Shown here piece by piece: positions 26,246 through 32,000 of a stretch of 32,000 bases of DNA. The position numbers were made by a program, and so were the translations under genes. Each line of letters begins with the position of its first letter. The first letter of the stretch is position 1. The notes under the pieces are model-generated. The model was given only the letters and a program-made list of their open reading frames with translations, was not told the DNA's origin and did no database searches. Origin of the DNA: Nanobdellota archaeon (GTDB lineage Archaea > Nanobdellota > Nanobdellia > Pacearchaeales > GW2011-AR1); the NCBI GenBank assembly GCA_018818285.1, contig JAHIRT010000075.1, positions 1,608 through 33,607 on the forward strand, read 5' to 3'.

Positions 26246-27193
26246 TCATATTACTGCAAGTTGAATAAACATAAAAAACAAATATAAGAGTATAAGTCCG
26301 ATTCCTTCTTCAATTTTTAATTCTTTTCCGCTTTTTAAGAATGCTGTAAAAATAAAAGCAGAAATAAACAAAAATATTGCAGATGTTATAAATGGTATAA
26401 ATGTCGGGGTTATTGGTTTTATTATTGCTACAATCCCAACAATCAATGTTATGTTCACAAGTGTTGTTCCTGTTTGGTCTCCCACAGCCATTTCTTTATG
26501 CCCAAGTTTAATTGCTCTTACTCCAAAAATTAATTCAGGCAATGTTGTTGCAATTGATATTAAAAAAAACCCAACTACAATTTTCGGAAGTTTTAAATCT
26601 AATGCAAGAAGAGAAGCATATTTTACAACATATCCTGAAGATACAAATAAAACCCCCAATGAAATCATAAACAAAACAACACTCATTATAATCTGTATTC
26701 TTTTTATATGGTTTTCTTCAAATTTTGCCTTGAATTTTTTCCTTTTTTTAATCATTCTATATGAATTAAAAATAAAGAACAATATGAGAATAAATCCATC
26801 AATTCTTGAAATAGAGTTTCCAATTAAAAAAAGAATTGTCAGCAGTAAGATTGATGTTAAAACAAAATACATTTCTTTCCCGATATTTTTTTTCTTTGTT
26901 TTAATCCCTCCCCCAAGCAATACAAAAATACCCATTATTATTGTTAAGTTCATGATACTTGCTCCAATTACATTTCCTAAACTTAAAGAAGGATTTCCAG
27001 ACATTGCTGAAGAAATTCCCACAAAAAGTTCTGGAATTGATGTGGCAAGTGCCATGATTATAAATGCTGCAGTAAACTCAGAAATTTTCAGAAAAGAGGA
27101 TATTTTTTCCAATGCCTTCACAAGATATGTTGCAGAGCCAATTAAAACAAGTGAAGACAAAAGAAACAAAATTATATCTAGAATCATTTTCAA
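26246..27193 (-). CDS. Na+/Ca2+ exchanger family (CaCA, YrbG-like) membrane protein
   Basis: Two alpha-repeats, GNVIGASIMNLTIIMG and GDQTGTTLVNITLIVG, in a protein with about 10 TM helices. Confidence 0.88.
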   Translation of the reverse strand: MKMILDIILFLLSSLVLIGSATYLVKALEKISSFLKISEFTAAFIIMALATSIPELFVGISSAMSGNPSLSLGNVIGASIMNLTIIMGIFVLLGGGIKTKKKNIGKEMYFVLTSILLLTILFLIGNSISRIDGFILILFFIFNSYRMIKKRKKFKAKFEENHIKRIQIIMSVVLFMISLGVLFVSSGYVVKYASLLALDLKLPKIVVGFFLISIATTLPELIFGVRAIKLGHKEMAVGDQTGTTLVNITLIVGIVAIIKPITPTFIPFITSAIFLFISAFIFTAFLKSGKELKIEEGIGLILLYLFFMFIQLAVI

Positions 27194-27747
27194 GGTTTAA
27201 CCCATTCAATTTCATAATAAGTTACATCGTTTTCTTCGTCAGCAATTCCTATAAGGAGATTTTTTTTTGTTGAATGAGCTACCCTGTTTTTTGCTGAAAA
27301 ATCATACCATGTTAAAACATCAGATTCTTTAACAGGATAAAGAATCCATTTTGCATGCTCCTGCCCTGGTTTTTTTCCTTTATCATACACCCTAAATTCA
27401 GCACCAAATTTTAAAGCAGTTTTAACAATATAACCTTTTGTTCTCATGTCCTTAAAAATAGTATATTTTATTTCAATTCTTTTGTCTTCTTTTTTTAATT
27501 TGTCTAATAATTTTTCAAAATCTATTTTCTTAGTTTTTTCTTTAATTTCAATTTTTTTCTTTTCAAGAAGATAAAGTGCTTCATAAGAAGAATAATAAAT
27601 TTTTCCTTCTTTTGTTTCACCAAATCTTGATTTTTCATATAAGGCAAAAGCTTGTTTTTTATTAGAATAGATTTTCTCGCCTGAAAAAACTGCCTTGATT
27701 TTTTCTTTTTTTGAGGTTTTTTTCTTTTTTATTTTCTTTTTTAACAT
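27190..27747 (-). CDS. endA: tRNA-splicing endonuclease EndA (catalytic, short alpha-type subunit)
   Basis: KFGAEFRVYDKGKKPGQEHAKWILY...AHSTKKNLLIGI carries the Y/H/K triad at canonical spacing. K-rich N-terminal tail. ATGA overlap with the CaCA gene. Confidence 0.88.
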   Translation of the reverse strand: MLKKKIKKKKTSKKEKIKAVFSGEKIYSNKKQAFALYEKSRFGETKEGKIYYSSYEALYLLEKKKIEIKEKTKKIDFEKLLDKLKKEDKRIEIKYTIFKDMRTKGYIVKTALKFGAEFRVYDKGKKPGQEHAKWILYPVKESDVLTWYDFSAKNRVAHSTKKNLLIGIADEENDVTYYEIEWVKP

Positions 27748-27785
27748 GTTAATATATGGACAAATGTATTTTTAAAAGTGTTGTT

Positions 27786-27900
27786 CAAAAACTTTTGTGT
27801 TTTACACTTAAAAAAGTTTACTACCTAAACTTTTGCCTGCCCCTCCAAATTATACCTGTCCCTATTTAAAACTGCAAAAGTTTAGTGTTCGAAAGTTTTT
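27786..27900. repeat. Array of 5 copies of the AAAAGTTT/AAACTTTT motif forming nested inverted repeats, including a perfect 12-bp pair
   Basis: ctaaacttttgc (27825..27836) and gcaaaagtttag (27874..27885) are perfect complements around a C-rich 37-nt spacer that holds CCTGyCCCT twice. Additional copies lie at 27787..27796, 27811..27819 and 27892..27900. Confidence 0.7.
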
Positions 27901-27925
27901 TAAATACAAAAATTATTAGTTTAAT

Positions 27926-28000
27926 ATGAAAACTACTGAAAATTCTGTTTTAAGAATTTTATCAGCAGTAGCTTTGGTTCTCGTCTTATTAATCTTATAA
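27926..28000 (+). CDS. Candidate 24-aa hydrophobic micro-protein
   Basis: MKTTENSVLRILSAVALVLVLLIL. ttttaaat is centred 25 nt upstream, the window's typical promoter spacing. A 7-bp hairpin tctcatc/gatgaga (28004..28026) follows the stop. Confidence 0.25.
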   Translation: MKTTENSVLRILSAVALVLVLLIL

Positions 28001-28105
28001 ATTTCTCATCTAATTTTTTGATGAGATTAAAATAATATTGCGAGAGCTACAACTTTAATAAATAAATCAGGAGGAAAAAATGAAAAAAAATAGGAAGTTT
28101 TTAAG

Positions 28106-28477
28106 ATGAATAGAGAAGATATGGGATGGATAAAAATTACCAAGGGTTTTGATAATCAAAGATATTACTGTTCTAAAGGAAATGGTGAGTTTGGAGAATT
28201 CAGAAAAGATGGGAAAATTTATTCACGTATTAAGCCAATACATACAAGACTTAATATAAGATTTAAGAGAACAAGAGAGAGATGTGAATTAGATTGCAGA
28301 AGTTTATCAGAAGCTTTAGAAAGACAGTTTTGTCCAGCAATGCAAATTATTTTAGATTTATCTACCTATAGAGACTTAAGAGAATATAAAAAGAAAATAG
28401 AAGAAAGGAAAAGAGAATACACAAGTATGTGGCATTCTATATCCCAAGCTGGAAATGCTGTGGAAATTATTGAATAA
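28106..28477 (+). CDS. Hypothetical 123-aa protein
   Basis: ATG ORF preceded by a 9-codon uORF (28080..28109) with AGGAGG (28069..28074). No recognisable family. Confidence 0.55.
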   Translation: MNREDMGWIKITKGFDNQRYYCSKGNGEFGEFRKDGKIYSRIKPIHTRLNIRFKRTRERCELDCRSLSEALERQFCPAMQIILDLSTYRDLREYKKKIEERKREYTSMWHSISQAGNAVEIIE

Positions 28478-28513
28478 CAAAAATAATTTAAACTAAATTT
28501 TGCTTATAATAAC

Positions 28514-30973
28514 ATGGAAAACCATAAATTTAATTTTTCTCAGATTGAGAAAAAATGGCAGGAAAAGTGGGAAAAGGAAAAAGTTTTTGAAGTTAAAGAA
28601 AGCAAAAGCAAAAAAAAATATTATGTTTTAGAAATGTATCCTTATCCTAGTGCAAGTTTTCTTCATGTGGGCCATGTTAGAAATTACACAATCGGAGATG
28701 TTTATGCAAGATTCAGGAGAATGAATGGTTTTAATGTTCTTTATCCAATGGGTTATGATTCTTTTGGATTGCCTGCAGAAACAGCTGCAAAAAAAGAAGG
28801 AATTCATCCAAAAAAATATGCTGAAACATCTATTAAAAAAATTATGGCATATCAAAAAGCATTAGGCAATAGCTATGATTGGAGCAGAATTATTGCAAGC
28901 CATGATCCTGAATATTACAAGTGGAATCAATATTTTTTCTTAAAGCTATATGAAAAAGGACTTGCTTATAGAAAAAAAGCTCCTGTTAATTTTTGTGAAA
29001 ACTGCGAGTCTGTTCTTGCTAATGAAGAATCAGAAGGAGGAAAATGCTGGAGATGTGGAAATGAAGTTATTCAGAAAGATTTAGAACAATGGTTTTTCAA
29101 AATAACTGATTATGCTGACAAACTATTAAAAGATTTAAACAAGATTGAATGGCCTGAAAGAATTAAGATTATGCAAAAAAACTGGATTGGAAAATCTCAT
29201 GGCACTAATATTGAGTTTAAAATCAATGATGAAAAATGGCTTGTTTTCACAACACGCCCAGACACAATTTACGGAGTTACTTTTATGGTTATATCAGCCC
29301 AGCATCCAAGATTAATGGAATTAGTTTCTGAAGCCCAAAAAAAAGATGTTGAGAAATTCTTGAAAAAAATCAAGTCAACAAGTGAAAAAGATTTAGAAGA
29401 ACTTGATAAAGAAGGTGTTTTTACAGGAAGCTTTGCAATTAATCCAGTCACAAATGAAAAAATTCCTGTTTGGGCTGGGAACTTTGTTTTAGCTGATTAT
29501 GGTTCTGGAATGGTTATGGCTGTTCCTGCTCATGACCAAAGAGATTTTGAGTTTGCTAAAAAATATAAAATTCCAATTAAAGTTGTAATTCAACCTGAGC
29601 AATATGAACTTGCTCCTGAAAAAATGTCTCGTGCTTATACTGAAAAAGGAATTCTTGCAAATTCCAAAGAGCATGATAAAATTTCAAGTGATACTGCTAT
29701 TGAAATAATTTCTGATTTTTTAGAAAAAAAGAAATTAGGAAAAAGAACAATCCAATATAAATTAAGAGACTGGCTGATTTCAAGACAAAGATATTGGGGA
29801 ACACCAATACCAATAATTTATTGTGATAAGTGCGGAATTGTTCCTGTTCCAGAAAAAGAGCTTCCTGTTAAACTTCCTGAGAAAATTGATTTAAAATCTA
29901 AGGGAAACCCTCTTGCTACAAATAAAGATTTTGTTAATACTCAATGTCCGAAGTGTGCTGGCAAGGCAACTAGGGAAACAGACACTATGGGTGGTTTTGT
30001 TGATTCTTCATGGTATTTTTTGAGGTATTGTGATAACAAAAATAAGAAAAAACCATTTGATGAAAAAAAAGTAAATTATTGGATGCCTGTTGACCAATAT
30101 ATTGGAGGAGCAGAGCATGCTGTTATGCATCTGTTATATGCAAGGTTTTTTATTAAGGCTTTGAAAGATATGGGCTTTGTAAAATTTGATGAACCTTTTA
30201 AAAAACTATTTAATCAGGGAATTTTACATGCAAGTGATGGAAATAAGATGTCGAAATCTCGCCCTAAATATGTTATTTTACCTGAGATGGTTTCAGATAA
30301 ATATGGAATAGATACTGCAAGATTATTTTTAATGTTTGTTTCTTCTCCTGACAAACAAATGGAATGGACAGATAAAGGAGTTGAAGGAAGTTTTAAAATT
30401 ATAAACAAGTTAATAAGATTAAAAGATAATCTTAATACTAAATCAAACAAAGCTAATGAGAACAGAATAAATGCTACTGTTAAAAAAGTTACAGAAAATA
30501 TTGAAAATTTTGAATATCCTAAATCAATTATTGCAATAATAGAAGCATTAGATTATTTCTCTGAAGGAATCTCAAAGAAAAATTATGAAATTCTTATTAA
30601 ATTAATCTCTCCTTTCTGCCCACATATAGCAGAAGAGCTTTGGCATAATTTAGGAAATAAGAGTTTTATTTCATTAGAAAAATGGCCAAAAGCTGGCAAG
30701 ATAAATGAAAAATTATTAGCTCAAGAAAAGCAGATTGATAATTTAATTGAGGATATTAATAATATATTAAGAATTTTAGAAGGAAAAGGGGAGAAAAAAG
30801 AAAAAATAAAAATATTTGCAATTCCAAATGAAATTGATTTGTATAAAGAGGCAAAAGACAAGATTGAAAAATCAACTGGTATGAAAGCTGAAATTTTGTC
30901 AATTAAAGATGCAAAAGAGCAAGGAAAGAAAATTAAAGCAAAGCCAGGAAAACCTGGGATTTTTGTTGAATGA
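28514..30973 (+). CDS. leuS: Leucyl-tRNA synthetase, bacterial-type architecture
   Basis: PYPSASFLHVGHVRNYTIGDVYARFRRMNGFNVLYPMGYDSFGLPAE, CWRCGNEV zinc motif, CP1 TTRPDTIYGVTFMVISAQHP and KMSKS. It is collinear with E. coli LeuRS as I recall it. 819 aa. Confidence 0.93.
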   Translation: MENHKFNFSQIEKKWQEKWEKEKVFEVKESKSKKKYYVLEMYPYPSASFLHVGHVRNYTIGDVYARFRRMNGFNVLYPMGYDSFGLPAETAAKKEGIHPKKYAETSIKKIMAYQKALGNSYDWSRIIASHDPEYYKWNQYFFLKLYEKGLAYRKKAPVNFCENCESVLANEESEGGKCWRCGNEVIQKDLEQWFFKITDYADKLLKDLNKIEWPERIKIMQKNWIGKSHGTNIEFKINDEKWLVFTTRPDTIYGVTFMVISAQHPRLMELVSEAQKKDVEKFLKKIKSTSEKDLEELDKEGVFTGSFAINPVTNEKIPVWAGNFVLADYGSGMVMAVPAHDQRDFEFAKKYKIPIKVVIQPEQYELAPEKMSRAYTEKGILANSKEHDKISSDTAIEIISDFLEKKKLGKRTIQYKLRDWLISRQRYWGTPIPIIYCDKCGIVPVPEKELPVKLPEKIDLKSKGNPLATNKDFVNTQCPKCAGKATRETDTMGGFVDSSWYFLRYCDNKNKKKPFDEKKVNYWMPVDQYIGGAEHAVMHLLYARFFIKALKDMGFVKFDEPFKKLFNQGILHASDGNKMSKSRPKYVILPEMVSDKYGIDTARLFLMFVSSPDKQMEWTDKGVEGSFKIINKLIRLKDNLNTKSNKANENRINATVKKVTENIENFEYPKSIIAIIEALDYFSEGISKKNYEILIKLISPFCPHIAEELWHNLGNKSFISLEKWPKAGKINEKLLAQEKQIDNLIEDINNILRILEGKGEKKEKIKIFAIPNEIDLYKEAKDKIEKSTGMKAEILSIKDAKEQGKKIKAKPGKPGIFVE

Positions 30974-31127
30974 TTTTTTAATAACTTTTAATTGAACAAA
31001 ATTTTGAAAAATTCTTGTAATTAAAATGCGTTAATGCTCTTATGAAAATTTTAGAAATTTATCATAGTTTTATACAAAACCTTTTGAAAATACAACTTGT
31101 AATTATTGAGTAGTTACAAACCGAAAG

Positions 31128-31137
31128 ATTTATAAAC
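31128..31137 (+). promoter_or_regulatory. BRE/TATA of the 31158 gene
   Basis: aaagatttataaac is centred 25 nt upstream of the ATG at 31158. Confidence 0.45.
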
Positions 31138-31157
31138 TAGATTTTTTTAGGATAAGT

Positions 31158-31895
31158 ATGGCAAAAACAAAATATGGAGTAATCAAAATAAAACAACCAG
31201 AATTTTCACCAATAGAATTACTTGTAGTTCCACATAGAGAAGATATGGATTTAACAGTTGCTTGTTTTGGACTAAATACTTATGCGACAAATTTAAAAAA
31301 AATGGAGGAATTTTATTTTCATCCTCAAACAGGAGAAAAAATATCTTTTAGGGAACCAACTACTTCAGAATCTATTTCAGCTTCTGCTTATAATTTTGAT
31401 GGTATAGCTAAACCACAAATTTTTGACTCAAAATGGTTACAAGCTGGAAGAATGGTTATAACATCAGAAGGAGTTTATGTTAATCCTCCAAAAGATGAAC
31501 AAGGAAATCCTATAACTGATGTAATAACTCTTAAATCTTTTTTAGACAAATCTAAAAAAGTTAATGGAATTTATCTTTGTGAAAATGATTTTGGTTTTGC
31601 ATCTTATGAAACATTTAAGAAAGGAGTTCAAGAATCAGGAGATTTTGCAGAAAGTGGTTTAGCAAGAATATTAGAACATACTAAAGAAAAAACAGCTGAA
31701 AAACTTAAAAAAATATCATCTAAGAAAAATTATCCAATAGGAGTTAATGTATGGAGATTTGATTCAGTTAATAAACCTATTTTAGGGGTTGCAGGTCTGT
31801 TTTCCGGTAGGGGCTTGGATGTCAGGCTGTTGGGTTTCGATGGCGACGACTGGCTTGGTGACTACCTCGGCTATGCTTTTGGGGTGTTGAATTAA
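31158..31895 (+). CDS. Hypothetical 245-aa protein with a compositionally distinct C-terminal segment of about 36 aa
   Basis: Long ATG ORF with a well-spaced TATA. Family unknown. The last roughly 110 nt switch to G/C-ending codons. Confidence 0.7.
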   Translation: MAKTKYGVIKIKQPEFSPIELLVVPHREDMDLTVACFGLNTYATNLKKMEEFYFHPQTGEKISFREPTTSESISASAYNFDGIAKPQIFDSKWLQAGRMVITSEGVYVNPPKDEQGNPITDVITLKSFLDKSKKVNGIYLCENDFGFASYETFKKGVQESGDFAESGLARILEHTKEKTAEKLKKISSKKNYPIGVNVWRFDSVNKPILGVAGLFSGRGLDVRLLGFDGDDWLGDYLGYAFGVLN

Positions 31896-31965
31896 GTGGC
31901 GAAGTCACTGCAAAAATTTTTTAGAAGAGTTTATTAACAACAATTTTATTATTTTTTGTCTTAGT

Positions 31966-32000
31966 TTGGTAGTTATGCCTTGCTAGGGCCACACGCATCT
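31966..32000 (+). rRNA. rrf: Probable 5' end of a 5S rRNA gene, truncated by the window edge
   Basis: TTGGTAGTTATGCCTTGCTAGGGCCACACGCATCT resembles archaeal 5S starts as I recall them (GGCGGTCATAGCGG..GGGCCACACC..TCTC). tttattaa (31930..31937) lies about 30 nt upstream. G/C content rises sharply here. Confidence 0.4.

Noticed and set aside
7184-27200. Antisense low-complexity ORFs: 7184..7522, 7703..7909, 8167..8358, 9414..10076 set, 12346..12786, 13881..14681 set, 14890..15574 set, 17801..19715 set, 20318..20545, 21372..21572, 22655..22903, 23734..24162, 24532..24843, 25261..25509 and 26451..27200.
   Set aside because: Each overlaps a strongly supported gene on the opposite strand or in another frame. 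Their F/S/L/I-rich peptides are typical of antisense K/E-rich or AT-rich coding sequence.
27825-27885. H/ACA-type guide RNA formed by the 12-bp stem.
   Set aside because: No ACA box follows the stem on either strand. The 37-nt loop has no internal upper stem or K-turn, being almost G-free on one strand.
27786-27900. Replication origin (ORB/mini-ORB repeats flanking an AT-rich unwinding element).
   Set aside because: The repeats do not resemble the ORB consensus (TCCA..TGGAAA-like). No orc1/cdc6 gene is adjacent. The element is only about 115 nt. It is kept as an unexplained repeat array instead.
31787-31920. A hidden tRNA or other known small RNA within the G/C-rich tail of the 31158 gene.
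   Set aside because: Neither strand shows a T-loop (GTTCRANYC) or acceptor/anticodon stem arrangement, and no RNase P or SRP signature sequences are present.
1-32000. CRISPR arrays, cas genes, transposases/integrases, prophage or recognisable defence-system genes.
   Set aside because: I saw no regularly spaced direct repeats and no matching protein signatures on either strand. The only mobile element evident is the 23S intron with its homing endonuclease.

Overview
AT-rich archaeal window, with DPANN-like traits (small proteins, K/E-rich tails, reduced Pop5); the phylum is my inference. Most of it is a minus-strand run of core information-processing genes. Reading the minus strand 5'->3': S8 protease, RNase P Pop5, proteasome alpha, SBDS, Rrp4, Rrp41, Rrp42 and RpoK (the exosome superoperon), then enolase, ribosomal protein S2, and a 16S-tRNA-Ala-23S operon. 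The right half carries RNase J, an NPPY methyltransferase, an intron-containing tRNA(CAU), Alba, S17e, a CaCA exchanger, EndA, a bacterial-type LeuRS and a probable 5S rRNA start at the window edge. The strongest finding is a 758-nt insertion in the 23S gene. It has all four group I intron core elements (P, Q, R, S), a U.G P1 pair and a terminal G, and it carries a single-motif LAGLIDADG homing endonuclease. It sits at the I-CeuI-type site. Other points of interest: a 64-aa ORF inside the tRNA-Ala/23S spacer, a nested inverted-repeat array between divergent promoters, a small accessory islet (frameshifted gene plus a nucleotidyltransferase pair) splitting the conserved rpoK-eno-rps2 neighbourhood, a duplicated start region forming a uORF, and an abrupt codon-usage switch near the 5S gene. 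I found no CRISPR array and no recognisable defence island. No novel multi-gene system is demonstrable from the sequence alone.
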